A model generated the notes under the pieces. That model saw only the letters and a list, made by a program, of their open reading frames with translations. It did not search any database and was not told the DNA's origin. Made by a program: the position numbers and the translations under genes. This document shows, one piece after another, positions 1 to 9,568 of a DNA stretch of 64,000 nucleotides (the stretch's first letter is position 1; each line of letters begins with the position of its first letter). This stretch comes from Clostridia bacterium (GTDB taxonomy: Bacteria; Bacillota; Clostridia; Christensenellales; UBA1242), in assembly GCA_017541375.1 (NCBI GenBank), contig JAFXZE010000008.1:6207-70206 (forward strand). The letters are read 5' to 3'.

Positions 1-236
1 AACAACGTACTGGTGTGGTTGTAAGTAATCTTATGACAGGTACCGCTGTTGTAGCAATTATCAATAATGTGCGCCACCCAATTTACAACAAGATCGTTAA
101 GAAAACTGTAAAGTTTTTTGTAGATGATCCTAAAAATGAGTGTTCTATAGGCGATGAGGTCGTGATCGCTGAAACTCGTCCACTTTCTAAAAACAAACGT
201 TTTAGATTGGTAAAAATCGTTAAAAAAGCGAAATAA
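1..236 (+). CDS. rpsQ: 30S ribosomal protein S17, 5'-truncated by the window edge (frame 3)
   Basis: Translation ...QRTGVVVSNLMTGTAVV...ETRPLSKNKRFRLVKIV matches the S17 C-terminal signature (ETRPLSxxKRFRL). Sits just upstream of rplN as in spc operons. Confidence 0.9.
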   Translation, partial: QRTGVVVSNLMTGTAVVAIINNVRHPIYNKIVKKTVKFFVDDPKNECSIGDEVVIAETRPLSKNKRFRLVKIVKKAK

Positions 237-254
237 TTTAAGGAGAGAACTATT

Positions 255-623
255 ATGATAATGCCTCAAACTAAACTAAAAGTAGCCGACAACACTGGTG
301 CAAAAATTCTTATGTGCATTCGTGTGCTAGGCGGTTCTTTTAGAAAAACTGCAAATATTGGTGATGTAATTGTAGGAACTGTAAAGAGTGCTATCCCTGG
401 GGGATCAGTCAAAAAAGGTGATGTGGTAAAAGCTGTGATCGTGCGTAGTAAACGCGGCGTTTGCCGTTCTGACGGTAGTTCAATCTGCTTTGATGATAAT
501 GCTTGTGTAATTATCGACAAGGATAAACAACCAAAGGGTACTCGTGTATTTGGCCCAATTGCTAGGGAACTTCGTGAGCGTGACTTTATGAAAATTATTT
601 CACTTGCTAACGAAGTGCTATAA
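255..623 (+). CDS. rplN: 50S ribosomal protein L14
   Basis: [17 protein letters not shown]... is a typical L14 N-terminus. AAGGAG RBS 9 nt upstream. Operon order conserved. Confidence 0.97.
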   Translation: MIMPQTKLKVADNTGAKILMCIRVLGGSFRKTANIGDVIVGTVKSAIPGGSVKKGDVVKAVIVRSKRGVCRSDGSSICFDDNACVIIDKDKQPKGTRVFGPIARELRERDFMKIISLANEVL

Positions 624-637
624 GGGAGGATGGAAAA

Positions 638-1165
638 ATGAACAGTAACTTAAGAACTGGCGACACAGTAATTGTGATAGCTGGTAAAGATAAAGGCAAG
701 AGTGGTAAAATCGTATCTTCCAATAGCGAAACAAAGCGAGTAGTTGTGGAAGGAATCAATATAGTACACAAACACTCAAAACCTCGTTCTCAAAAAGACA
801 GGGGTGGCATCAAAAAGAAAGAAGCTCCTATCGATGTATCAAATGTAATGCTCATTTGTAGTAGTTGTAACAAGCCTACTCGTATTGGGCACAAGTTTGA
901 CGAAAAGGGTAACAAGCACCGTGCTTGTAAACATTGTGGCGCATTGATTGACAACAAGTATGTAAAACCAAAGTCAAAGAAAGATGCTACAAAGAAAGAA
1001 AAAGAAAAGGTCGAGAAAGCAGAGACTAAGGAGATAAAAGAGACTAAAACTACAGCTCCAAAGAAAACTGCTCCTAAGGTAACAGCGTCTACAGTAGACA
1101 CAGCAAACAAAGTTGTTAGCACTACTCGTAGAAAAGCGCCTGTTGCAAAATCTCAAGGTAAGTAA
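638..1165 (+). CDS. rplX: 50S ribosomal protein L24 with CxxC...CxxC insertion and ~65-aa Lys-rich C-terminal tail
   Basis: KOW motif GDTVIVIAGKDKGKSGKI and EGINIVHKHSKP are L24-like. At 175 aa it is far longer than the usual ~100-105 aa. Confidence 0.93.
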   Translation: MNSNLRTGDTVIVIAGKDKGKSGKIVSSNSETKRVVVEGINIVHKHSKPRSQKDRGGIKKKEAPIDVSNVMLICSSCNKPTRIGHKFDEKGNKHRACKHCGALIDNKYVKPKSKKDATKKEKEKVEKAETKEIKETKTTAPKKTAPKVTASTVDTANKVVSTTRRKAPVAKSQGK

Positions 1166-1191
1166 ACCACAAACTAATGGAGGAATAAAAA

Positions 1192-1797
1192 GTGGCAGAA
1201 GAAGTTAGTCAGGTTGCTAAAGTAGCTGCAACCGATAGCAAAAAAAGTGTTAGCAAACCTCGTTTGCAAGTTTATTATGAAAAGACAGTAGTTCCTGCGT
1301 TGCAAAAAGCTAAGGGCTACAAAAATGTCAATCAAGTTCCACGTTTAAACAAGATTGTGGTAAATGCTGGTCTTGGAGACATAAAGGACAATGCAAAGAG
1401 CTTTAATATGGCTGTTGATGAGTTGGGTCTTATCACTGGGCAGAAGCCTATGGTAACAACAGCAAAGAAAGCCGTAGCAAACTTTAAGCTTCGTGAAGGA
1501 ATGAAGATTGGAGCAAAAGTTACTTTGCGTGGAGCAAAGATGTGGGAGTTTTTGGATAAATTAATCGCAATTGCTCTTCCACGTGTGCGTGATTTTAGAG
1601 GAGTCAGCCCAAAGTCATTTGATGGTAAGGGAAACTACTCTATGGGAATTAAGGAACAACTTGTTTTCCCAGAAATAGATTACGACAAAATAGAAAAAGT
1701 AAGGGGCTTCGATGTCTGCATTGTAACCAATGCAAAAACTGATGACGAAGCTAAGGCACTCTTAGTTGAGCTTGGAATGCCTTTCAAAAAGGCGTAA
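1192..1797 (+). CDS. rplE: 50S ribosomal protein L5 (GTG start, N-terminal extension)
   Basis: [14 protein letters not shown]...[28 protein letters not shown] are L5 signatures. GGAGGA RBS upstream of the GTG. Confidence 0.95.
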   Translation: MAEEVSQVAKVAATDSKKSVSKPRLQVYYEKTVVPALQKAKGYKNVNQVPRLNKIVVNAGLGDIKDNAKSFNMAVDELGLITGQKPMVTTAKKAVANFKLREGMKIGAKVTLRGAKMWEFLDKLIAIALPRVRDFRGVSPKSFDGKGNYSMGIKEQLVFPEIDYDKIEKVRGFDVCIVTNAKTDDEAKALLVELGMPFKKA

Positions 1798-1807
1798 GGG
1801 GGAGAAT

Positions 1808-1993
1808 ATGGCAAGAAAAAGTTTGGTGTTAAAGTGCAAAAAGCCACAAAAGTTTTCAACTCGTGAATACACTCGTTGCTCAATTTGCGGTCGACCTCAC
1901 GCAGTTTTGAAAAAGTATGGCATTTGCCGTATATGTTTTAGAGAAATGGCATACAGAGGAGAAATCCCTGGTGTTAAAAAGGCAAGTTGGTAG
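1808..1993 (+). CDS. rpsN: 30S ribosomal protein S14 type Z (zinc-binding, 61 aa)
   Basis: [46 protein letters not shown]...W. GGGGGAG RBS before the ATG at 1808. The ORF-track start at 1766 is probably spurious. Confidence 0.95.
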   Translation: MARKSLVLKCKKPQKFSTREYTRCSICGRPHAVLKKYGICRICFREMAYRGEIPGVKKASW

Positions 1994-2002
1994 GAGGTTA
2001 TT

Positions 2003-2401
2003 ATGGCAGTTACAGATGTTATTTCAGATATGCTCACTCGCATTAGAAATGCGATAAATGCAAAACACACCACAGTAGACATTCCTACTAGCAAGGTGAA
2101 AGTTGCTATTGCTCAGATTTTAAAAGATGAAGGTTATATTGCTGACTTTGCTGAGAAAGGTGAGGGTGTAGAAAAGCAAATCGCTATCACACTAAAGCTT
2201 GATAGCAAAGGTAAGTATGTAATCACAGGATTGAAGAGAATTTCAAAACCAGGTCTACGTATTTATGCTAGCGTAGATAAACTACCCAAAGTAATCAATG
2301 GACTTGGTATTGCGATTATTTCTACAAGTAAAGGTATTATGACGGATAAGCAAGCGCGCACGCAATGTGTTGGTGGCGAAGTTCTTGCTTACGTATGGTA
2401 G
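2003..2401 (+). CDS. rpsH: 30S ribosomal protein S8
   Basis: [17 protein letters not shown]... canonical S8 N-terminus, C-terminal GGEVLAYVW. Confidence 0.97.
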   Translation: MAVTDVISDMLTRIRNAINAKHTTVDIPTSKVKVAIAQILKDEGYIADFAEKGEGVEKQIAITLKLDSKGKYVITGLKRISKPGLRIYASVDKLPKVINGLGIAIISTSKGIMTDKQARTQCVGGEVLAYVW

Positions 2402-2413
2402 GAGGGTAATGGT

Positions 2414-2959
2414 ATGTCAAGAATAGGTAAAAAACCCATTGCGATTCCTGCTGGTGTAACAGTAAAAATCGAAGACAATGTTGTTACAGTTACAGGTAAG
2501 TTGGGGACATTAAGTCAACGCGTTAGTGATTTACTAAGTGTAGAAATCAAAGGCGCAGAAATCGTTGTTTCTATTGTAAAAGATACTCGTGAGTCAAATA
2601 GTTTGCACGGACTCACTCGCACACTTATATTTAATATGGTAGAGGGTGTATCAACAGGATTTACCAAAGATTTAGTAATCAATGGTGTAGGTGCAAAAGT
2701 ATTTTCAAAAGATCCTCACACTGTGGAGATGAAGCTTGGGTTTAGCCATCCAGTAGTGTTCACAGCTCCAGAGGGAATTACTCTGACTGTACCTAGCGTT
2801 ACAGAAATCAGAGTATTTGGATTTGATAAACAATTGGTCGGTCAAGTGGCTGCGAATATTCGTGCCATAAAGCCTGTCGAGCCATATCACTCATACGGTA
2901 TTCGTTATGCTAACGAAGTCGTTGTGAAGAAAGAGGGTAAGACAGCCGCTAAGAAATAA
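2414..2959 (+). CDS. rplF: 50S ribosomal protein L6
   Basis: [17 protein letters not shown]... canonical L6 start, and operon position. Confidence 0.97.
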   Translation: MSRIGKKPIAIPAGVTVKIEDNVVTVTGKLGTLSQRVSDLLSVEIKGAEIVVSIVKDTRESNSLHGLTRTLIFNMVEGVSTGFTKDLVINGVGAKVFSKDPHTVEMKLGFSHPVVFTAPEGITLTVPSVTEIRVFGFDKQLVGQVAANIRAIKPVEPYHSYGIRYANEVVVKKEGKTAAKK

Positions 2960-2973
2960 GGGGAGAGTTCGAA

Positions 2974-3342
2974 ATGATTAAGAATTTAGACAAAAATAAA
3001 GAACGTGCTCGTCGTCATATGAGGGTTCGTAAGAATTTGGCTGGAACTGCAGAACGCCCTAGATTAGTGGTGTATCGTAGTTTGTCAAATATATATGTCC
3101 AAGTTATTGATGACAGTAAGGGCGTGACACTAGTGTCAGCTAGCACACTAGAGAAAGCTTTGGCTGCTAAGTTAAAAGACAAGACAAAGCAAGAACAAGC
3201 TTATATTATTGGAGAAACAATTGCAAAACGTGCAATTGACAAGAAAATCAACCAGGTTGTATTTGACCGTGGTGGATACATTTATACAGGTCGAGTAAAG
3301 AATGTTTCTGATGGTGCAAGAGCCGCAGGATTACAGTTTTAG
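2974..3342 (+). CDS. rplR: 50S ribosomal protein L18
   Basis: [35 protein letters not shown]...[13 protein letters not shown]...AREAGLQF-like. Confidence 0.97.
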   Translation: MIKNLDKNKERARRHMRVRKNLAGTAERPRLVVYRSLSNIYVQVIDDSKGVTLVSASTLEKALAAKLKDKTKQEQAYIIGETIAKRAIDKKINQVVFDRGGYIYTGRVKNVSDGARAAGLQF

Positions 3343-3351
3343 GAGGAAATT

Positions 3352-3903
3352 ATGGCAGAAGTTAATAAGTTTGACAAGCGTCGCTCCGAAAAACAGACTC
3401 GTGGCAGACGTGATGACCGCAAACCTGTAGATGACGGCTTGACCAAGGTGATGGTAAACCTTCGCTTGGTGCAAAAAGTTATCAAGGGTGGTAGGACACC
3501 AAGTTATAGTGCATTGTGTGTCGTTGGAGACAAAAAAGGTCGAGTAGGAATAGGTACAGGTAAGGCAAGAGAAACTACCAATGCTATGGAAAAAGGATTT
3601 AATGATGCTAAAAAGCACATGATTACTATTACCATGGCAGGAACAACCATTCCTCATGAGATTTCTATGAAATATGGAGCTAGTAAAGTTGATTTGAAGC
3701 CAGCAAAGCCAGGTACTGGAGTGATTGCTGGTGGTGCTGCGCGTCCAGTGCTAGAACTTGCAGGAATAAAAGATATTACTGCAAAGAACCACGGAAGTAA
3801 CAACAAAATCAACACAGTTCGTGCTACATTTGAGGCTCTTAGAGCTTTGCAATCAGCAGAACAAGTAGCTGCTAATCGTGGAAAGAACACAGAAGATTTG
3901 TAG
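3352..3903 (+). CDS. rpsE: 30S ribosomal protein S5
   Basis: Central VVGDKKGRVGIGTGKA and C-terminal GTGVIAGGAARPVLELAGIKDI are S5 motifs. Confidence 0.96.
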   Translation: MAEVNKFDKRRSEKQTRGRRDDRKPVDDGLTKVMVNLRLVQKVIKGGRTPSYSALCVVGDKKGRVGIGTGKARETTNAMEKGFNDAKKHMITITMAGTTIPHEISMKYGASKVDLKPAKPGTGVIAGGAARPVLELAGIKDITAKNHGSNNKINTVRATFEALRALQSAEQVAANRGKNTEDL

Positions 3904-3913
3904 GAGGCGAATT

Positions 3914-4120
3914 ATGGAAAGCAAAACAAAAAAGCCTACTACGGCTAAAACAATTACAGTAAAATTAATTCACAGCGCAATAGGGACCAACCCAACTCAA
4001 CGCAAAACTCTCGTTGCTTTAGGATTAAAGAAAATCAATCAGGTAAAGACTTATCCTGATAACGAGGCAATTAGAGGAATGTTGAATATAGTTAGTCACT
4101 TAGTGCTTGTGGAGCAATAA
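3914..4120 (+). CDS. rpmD: 50S ribosomal protein L30
   Basis: ITVKLIHSAIGTNPTQRKTLVALGLKKINQ is an L30 motif. AGGAGG RBS before the ATG at 3914, so the track start at 3878 is unlikely. Confidence 0.9.
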   Translation: MESKTKKPTTAKTITVKLIHSAIGTNPTQRKTLVALGLKKINQVKTYPDNEAIRGMLNIVSHLVLVEQ

Positions 4121-4130
4121 GGAGGATATT

Positions 4131-4577
4131 ATGGAATTAAACACTTTATCTCCAGCTCCAAACTCCAAGCACCGCAAACGCATTGTAGGGCGTGGGCGTG
4201 GCTCTGGACTAGGAAAAACTTCTGGTCGTGGTGAAAACGGACAGAACAAACGTTCGGGGGGTGGTGTGCGTCCATTGTTTGAAGGTGGACAGATACCATT
4301 TATGCTCCGTATTGGTAAGCGTGGCTTTACTAATGGGAAATTTAAATCAGTTTACTCAGTTGTAAACGTTGGCGAGCTTGATGCTCTTGAGGCTGGCACA
4401 GTAGTTACTGCGGAGCTTCTAAAAGAAAAGAGAATTATAGGCAAAATTGAAAAAGACGGCTTGAAAATTTTGGGAGATGGAAAATTAACAAAGGCTTTGA
4501 CTGTTAAAGCAAATAAATTTACCCAAACAGCCATCAAAAAAATTCAAAAGGCTGGCGGGACAATTGAGGAGGCATAA
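4131..4577 (+). CDS. rplO: 50S ribosomal protein L15
   Basis: MELNTLSPAPNSKHRKRIVGRGRGSGLGKTSGRG... is canonical L15. AAGGAGG RBS before 4131. Confidence 0.95.
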   Translation: MELNTLSPAPNSKHRKRIVGRGRGSGLGKTSGRGENGQNKRSGGGVRPLFEGGQIPFMLRIGKRGFTNGKFKSVYSVVNVGELDALEAGTVVTAELLKEKRIIGKIEKDGLKILGDGKLTKALTVKANKFTQTAIKKIQKAGGTIEEA

Positions 4578-5905
4578 TGTTCCAAACATTAGTGAATGCG
4601 TTTAAGCAGAAGGATGTTCGTAAAAAATTATTTGTTATTTTGGGAATTATCCTAATTTATAGACTTGGGTGTTGGCTACCTATTCCAGGACTCAATGTAG
4701 ATGCGTTTTCTACAATGAAGGATGGTAGACCCGACACAGGATTTTTGGATCTACTTAGTAGTGTATCCGGTGGTGCACTATCAAATGGATCGCTACTCGC
4801 TCTCGGAGTAGTGCCGTACATTTCGGCATCAATTATTATGCAATTACTTACAGTTGCAATTCCTTCTCTAGAAAGACTCAGTAGAGCTGGGGAGGAAGGG
4901 CGTAAGAAGATTGCAGTTTATACTAGAATTGCGGCTTTGATATTCTCTGTAATTCAAGCTATCGCAATTGTAGTTGCTTTCTACGGTGATGGTGCAACAA
5001 ACTGTGTGATCAATTTAACTGCGTTTGGTGAGGGTACTCCTGTATGGATTATGCCAACAATTATTGCAGTTGTATTGGTTGCTGGTGGTATGTTTACACT
5101 TTGGCTCGGTGAAAAAATTACTGACCAAGGTATTGGTAACGGTGTATCGTTATTGATTTTTGTAGGTATTATTTCTAGTGCTGGTTTAGCATTGCTTGCT
5201 TCATTTAGGAATGTTTTTGCTTCAAATATTGATGAATTGTGGAATATCATTTTGTTTGCAGTAATACTTATAGCAGTATTTGCGTTGATGGTATTTGTAG
5301 ATTTATCAGAGAGAAAAATTCCAGTGCAGTATGCAAAGCAAGTAAAAGGACGCAAACTTTATGGTGGTCAATCAACAATGATACCGATGAAGCTTAATGC
5401 AAATGGTGTGTTACCGATTATCTTTGCGACAGCTTTGGTAACATTCCCTCAATTATTTACTCAGATGTTCTGGCCTAACAGTGGTTTCTATCAATGGTGG
5501 ACTATGAACCTTGGTGTTGGGACTCCATTATACTTTGTATTCAATGCTATTTTGATTTTCTTCTTTGCTTTCTTCTACGCTCAAATCAGTTTCAATGCAG
5601 AGGAAGTTAGTAGAAACTTGCAGCAAAATGGTGGATTTATCCAAGGGTATAGAGCGGGGAAACAAACTACAGATTATCTAAAACGAGTAAACAACCGAAT
5701 TACATTTTTTGGTGCGTTATACTTGGCTGTAGTATTCATCGTTCCTACACTAATATTCTCACTTGTGCAAGGTGTAAATACAAGTTCGTTAATGACGGCG
5801 TTTAGTGTGACTGGAATGTTGATCGTAGTTAGTGTTGCTCTAGAATTTGACAAACAACTTGATGCTCAGATGTTGATGAAGAATTATCGTGGCTTTTTAA
5901 AGTAA
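4577..5905 (+). CDS. secY: Preprotein translocase subunit SecY
   Basis: 442 aa, multi-TM. Motifs GxxPYISASIIMQLL and LNANGVLPIIFA, and position after rplO. Confidence 0.97.
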   Translation: MFQTLVNAFKQKDVRKKLFVILGIILIYRLGCWLPIPGLNVDAFSTMKDGRPDTGFLDLLSSVSGGALSNGSLLALGVVPYISASIIMQLLTVAIPSLERLSRAGEEGRKKIAVYTRIAALIFSVIQAIAIVVAFYGDGATNCVINLTAFGEGTPVWIMPTIIAVVLVAGGMFTLWLGEKITDQGIGNGVSLLIFVGIISSAGLALLASFRNVFASNIDELWNIILFAVILIAVFALMVFVDLSERKIPVQYAKQVKGRKLYGGQSTMIPMKLNANGVLPIIFATALVTFPQLFTQMFWPNSGFYQWWTMNLGVGTPLYFVFNAILIFFFAFFYAQISFNAEEVSRNLQQNGGFIQGYRAGKQTTDYLKRVNNRITFFGALYLAVVFIVPTLIFSLVQGVNTSSLMTAFSVTGMLIVVSVALEFDKQLDAQMLMKNYRGFLK

Positions 5906-5922
5906 TATAGGCAGGTTTTATT

Positions 5923-6573
5923 ATGAAATTGGTTATTTTAGGCCCTGCTGGTAGTGGTAAAGGGCAAAACACCGCACGCATTGCTAGAAAATATAACCTA
6001 AAACATGTGGTTGTGGGTGATATTGTAAAGAAAGAAATCAGAGAGAAAACTGATGTAGGCAAGATTATGTACGACTATACAAGTGTCGGCAAGTTCGTGC
6101 CTACCAATCTCGTGATGCAAGTGTTGAATAAACAATTAAAGAAACTTGATGGCTATGATGGGTATATTATTGATACAGCTCCGATAAATATGGAGCAATT
6201 CGAAAAAATGAATATAGAAGAGTTGGATGCTGCGATTTCATTAGAAGTGGCTGATTATGACATTTTGCGTGAAAGAGTACTCAATAGGTTGCGTTGTCCC
6301 AGTTGTTTTGCTGTGACTAGTGTATTAGATGCTCCAGAAGGACATTGCCTTGACTGTGGTGCAGAACTTGAGCATAGATATGATGACAACTTACCAACAT
6401 TAAATTTTAGGCTAAAACAGTATGAGAATGAGACAGTGCCTGTGATTAAATCTTTTAAGGCCTTGGGTAAATTAATCAAAGTGGATGCTAGTGGAGATAA
6501 AGATGAGGTGTTTAAGCAAATTTGCAATAAAATTAATCGCTTTTTCTCAAACAAGGCTAAAAAGGAGGTGTAG
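5923..6573 (+). CDS. adk: Adenylate kinase (divergent, Zn-lid type)
   Basis: P-loop GPAGSGKG, lid CPSC...CLDC...RYDDN, and position between secY and map. Several canonical AMP-site motifs look substituted (see findings). Confidence 0.85.
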   Translation: MKLVILGPAGSGKGQNTARIARKYNLKHVVVGDIVKKEIREKTDVGKIMYDYTSVGKFVPTNLVMQVLNKQLKKLDGYDGYIIDTAPINMEQFEKMNIEELDAAISLEVADYDILRERVLNRLRCPSCFAVTSVLDAPEGHCLDCGAELEHRYDDNLPTLNFRLKQYENETVPVIKSFKALGKLIKVDASGDKDEVFKQICNKINRFFSNKAKKEV

Positions 6574-6576
6574 TGT

Positions 6577-7344
6577 ATGATTAAAATTCTTACACCTCAC
6601 CAAATAGAATTGATGAAGCATAGCGGAAAAGTTATGCAACAAATATTCATTGGTTTAAAAACAGTCCTCAAACCTGGGATATCTACCAAAGAAATTGATG
6701 AATGGGTTTATAAATTCATAATTAATCATGATTGTAAACCTTCATGTTTAAATTATATGGGGTATCCAGCATCGGTTTGTACATCAGTCAATGATGTGGT
6801 TGTTCATGGAATTCCTAGCGAAAAGAAAATTTTAGCTGATGGAGACATAATCAGTGTGGATATTTGTGTAAATTATAAAGGTGTGCATACTGACGCTTGT
6901 AGGACATATTTGATTGGAAATGTTTCACCAGAAGCAAAACGTTTAGTAGAGGTGACTAAACAATCATTTTTTGAGGCAATATCCGGACTGAAAGCAGGAG
7001 ACAAAACAGGGGATATTGGCTATAAAGTGCAAACTTTTGTTGAAAAAAATGGCTATTCCGTTGTAAGAGATTTGCAAGGGCATGGCATAGGAACTTCTAT
7101 TCATCAAGATCCAGGCATACCCAACTTTGGTAAAGCAGGAACTGGTACAGTTTTAAAAGAAGGAATGGCAATTTGTATTGAACCTATGGTAAATATGGGG
7201 GATTATGAGGTCGTTTTTGAAAAAGATGGCTGGACTTGTAGAACCAAGGATGGAAGCTTAGCCGCTCATTATGAAAATACGATGTTGGTACACAGCGATC
7301 GTGTAGAACTTTTAACATTCGAGGGCAATGATGAACAAGTTTAG
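6577..7344 (+). CDS. map: Methionine aminopeptidase type I
   Basis: VVHGIPS...DGDIISVDI...GHGIG..IHQDP...ICIEPM...HYENT metal-ligand pattern. Confidence 0.96.
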   Translation: MIKILTPHQIELMKHSGKVMQQIFIGLKTVLKPGISTKEIDEWVYKFIINHDCKPSCLNYMGYPASVCTSVNDVVVHGIPSEKKILADGDIISVDICVNYKGVHTDACRTYLIGNVSPEAKRLVEVTKQSFFEAISGLKAGDKTGDIGYKVQTFVEKNGYSVVRDLQGHGIGTSIHQDPGIPNFGKAGTGTVLKEGMAICIEPMVNMGDYEVVFEKDGWTCRTKDGSLAAHYENTMLVHSDRVELLTFEGNDEQV

Positions 7345-7606
7345 GTTGGGTCAAGTAGTGCAATCAACAATGGGACATGATAAAGACGCCTACTATTTGG
7401 TTGTAGAGCTTGATGAAAATCGCATTTGGGTTGGCGATGGTAAATACAAATTACTAAATAAACTCAAATCAAAGAATCCGACTCACTTAAAGGGTATAAA
7501 TTTTTGTGATACAGAAATTTCTACCAAGCTAGAACAAGGGCAAAAAATTAATGATCAAATGATTTATCACGCATTACTAAAATTTAAAAAGTCGAATAAG
7601 GAGTGA
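7328..7606 (+). CDS. Small KOW-domain RNA-binding-like protein (YbzG-like, between map and infA)
   Basis: FRLGQVVQSTMGHDKDAYYLVVELD resembles a KOW motif. Same position as the small conserved gene in Bacillus-type operons. Start may be 7328 or 7331. Confidence 0.6.
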   Translation: MMNKFRLGQVVQSTMGHDKDAYYLVVELDENRIWVGDGKYKLLNKLKSKNPTHLKGINFCDTEISTKLEQGQKINDQMIYHALLKFKKSNKE

Positions 7607-7610
7607 ATGT

Positions 7611-7865
7611 ATGGCGAATGATGATAGTATCAAGGCGGAGGGAATAGTAATAGATGCTCTTCCTGGTGCCAACTTTAAGGTGCAATTACCTAATGGCTAC
7701 ATCGTAAATGCTTATATGGCAGGAAAAATGTATAATTCACACACCCGTGTGCTTGTGGGTGACAAAGTTACTGTTGTTTTGTCGCCATATGACTTGACTC
7801 ACGGACGTATTGTGTGGCGTACTGATGTACGTAAAAAAGCTAATCCGTCATCCGACGAAAACTAA
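7611..7865 (+). CDS. infA: Translation initiation factor IF-1 (with short C-terminal extension)
   Basis: S1-like fold sequence [31 protein letters not shown]...[21 protein letters not shown]. Confidence 0.93.
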   Translation: MANDDSIKAEGIVIDALPGANFKVQLPNGYIVNAYMAGKMYNSHTRVLVGDKVTVVLSPYDLTHGRIVWRTDVRKKANPSSDEN

Positions 7866-7885
7866 ACCAACAAGGAGAAAACAAA

Positions 7886-7999
7886 ATGAAAGTAAGACCA
7901 TCTGTTAAACCTATGTGCGACAAGTGTAAAGTAATTCGTCGTGAAGGCAAGGTTATGGTAATTTGTAAAAATAAGAAACATAAGCAAGTGCAAGGCTAG
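7886..7999 (+). CDS. rpmJ: 50S ribosomal protein L36 (Zn form, 37 aa), absent from the ORF track
   Basis: Own translation: [46 protein letters not shown] 8 nt upstream. Confidence 0.95.
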   Translation: MKVRPSVKPMCDKCKVIRREGKVMVICKNKKHKQVQG

Positions 8000-8028
8000 T
8001 TATTTCCTTGCTTTACTTTGAAAATAAC

Positions 8029-8063
8029 CGAGATAAACCGCGGCTAATATTTGGCTTATCTCG
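8029..8063 (+). promoter_or_regulatory. Stem-loop in the 104-nt rpmJ-rpsM spacer (possible alpha-operon leader or processing structure)
   Basis: CGAGATAA...TTATCTCG 8-bp arms plus 2 inner CC/GG pairs. Only a TTT follows, so it is not a convincing terminator. Confidence 0.3.
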
Positions 8064-8102
8064 TTTACATAAAGTATTAATATTATTTTGGAGGAATTTT
8101 GA

Positions 8103-8492
8103 ATGGCTCGTATAGCTGGTGTAGACTTACCTAAAGAAAAGAGGGTAGAAATAGGACTTACTTATATCTACGGTATCGGTAAGGTAAAGTCTAATGAAAT
8201 TTTGCAAAGCGTTGGCATTAATCCTGACACAAGAGTAAAGGATCTGAGCGAACAGGAAGTTGCAAAAATTCGTGACTACATAGAGAAAAATAACGTGCTT
8301 GTAGAAGGTGACCTTCGTCGTGAAGTAAACCTAAATATCAAGCGCTTGATGGAAATTGGTTGTAACCGCGGTATTAGACATCGTAGAAACTTACCAGTAC
8401 ATGGACAGCGTACTAAGACTAATGCTCGTACTCGTAAGGGACCTAGAAAGACGGTATCTCGTGGTAAAGCCAAAGTAGGTAAAAAAGGTTAA
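8103..8492 (+). CDS. rpsM: 30S ribosomal protein S13
   Basis: [26 protein letters not shown]... canonical. Confidence 0.97.
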   Translation: MARIAGVDLPKEKRVEIGLTYIYGIGKVKSNEILQSVGINPDTRVKDLSEQEVAKIRDYIEKNNVLVEGDLRREVNLNIKRLMEIGCNRGIRHRRNLPVHGQRTKTNARTRKGPRKTVSRGKAKVGKKG

Positions 8493-8515
8493 TAAATAAG
8501 GAGTAGTTCTGAATT

Positions 8516-8899
8516 ATGGAAAAACCAACAAAGAAGAAAAGAGTAACAAAGAATTTAGGCTCAGGTCAGGCTCACATCAAGTCAACTTTTAACAACTGTT
8601 TGGTATCTATTACAGACTTAGCTGGAAATGTTGTATCATCTTGTAGTAGTGGTGCGCTCAAGTTTAAGGGTGCTCGTAAAGATACACCATATGCAGCTCA
8701 GTTAGTTGCTGAGACCGCAGGTAAAAAGGCTTTTGATATGGGTATAAAATCTGTAGCTGTCTTTATTAAAGGTGCTGGTAGTGGTGGAGAAGCTGCTATC
8801 CGTGCTCTTACTAATGTGGGTCTTGAAATTACATCTATTAAAGATGTTTCTGGTATTCCTTTCAATGGATGCCGCCCTTCAAAACCTAGAAGAATATAG
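8516..8899 (+). CDS. rpsK: 30S ribosomal protein S11
   Basis: GQAHIKSTFNNCLVSITDLAGNV...TPYAAQL...DVSGIPFNGCRPSKPRR. Confidence 0.97.
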   Translation: MEKPTKKKRVTKNLGSGQAHIKSTFNNCLVSITDLAGNVVSSCSSGALKFKGARKDTPYAAQLVAETAGKKAFDMGIKSVAVFIKGAGSGGEAAIRALTNVGLEITSIKDVSGIPFNGCRPSKPRRI

Positions 8900-8923
8900 T
8901 TAAATAAACAAGGAGTTGTATTT

Positions 8924-9550
8924 ATGGCTAAATATACAGATGCAAGTTGCAAGTTGTGTAGACGTGAAGGTTGTAAGCTATTCCTTAAAGGAGAGCGTTG
9001 TGTAACAGGAAAGTGTGCTCTAGATCGTAGACCTACAGTGCCTGGTCAACATGGAGAAGCATCTTTACGCAAAAAACCAACAGGATATGCATTGCAATTG
9101 CGTGAGAAACAAAAAGTAAAACGTGCTTATGGATTACTTGAAACTCAGTTTAAAAAATATTACTTAGAAGCAAAACGTCAAAAGGGTGCTACAGGTGAGG
9201 TAATGCTCAGTTTGTTAGAGAGGAGACTTGATAATGTAGTATATCGTTTGGGGTTTGGTGTTTCAAGAGTTCAAGCTCGTCAAATAGTTAATCACCGTCA
9301 TATTACTGTAAACGGTAAAATTGTGAACATTCCATCATACTCTGTAAAGGTGGGAGATGTTATTGCGGTAAAGAGTTCTGATCTTGATACTGCACTATTT
9401 AAGGATATCAAAGGTGGCAAAATTATTGCTCCAAAATGGTTAGAGGTAGATGCTAGCACATTAAGTGGTAAAGTGATCGCTAATCCAGCTCGTGATGATA
9501 TCGATCTCAACATTAGTGAACACTTGATAATTGAGTTGTATTCAAGATAA
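8924..9550 (+). CDS. rpsD: 30S ribosomal protein S4 (Zn-ribbon type N-terminus)
   Basis: [26 protein letters not shown]...[14 protein letters not shown]...[15 protein letters not shown]. Confidence 0.97.
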   Translation: MAKYTDASCKLCRREGCKLFLKGERCVTGKCALDRRPTVPGQHGEASLRKKPTGYALQLREKQKVKRAYGLLETQFKKYYLEAKRQKGATGEVMLSLLERRLDNVVYRLGFGVSRVQARQIVNHRHITVNGKIVNIPSYSVKVGDVIAVKSSDLDTALFKDIKGGKIIAPKWLEVDASTLSGKVIANPARDDIDLNISEHLIIELYSR

Positions 9551-9568
9551 TAAGGAGGGATTTTATTT

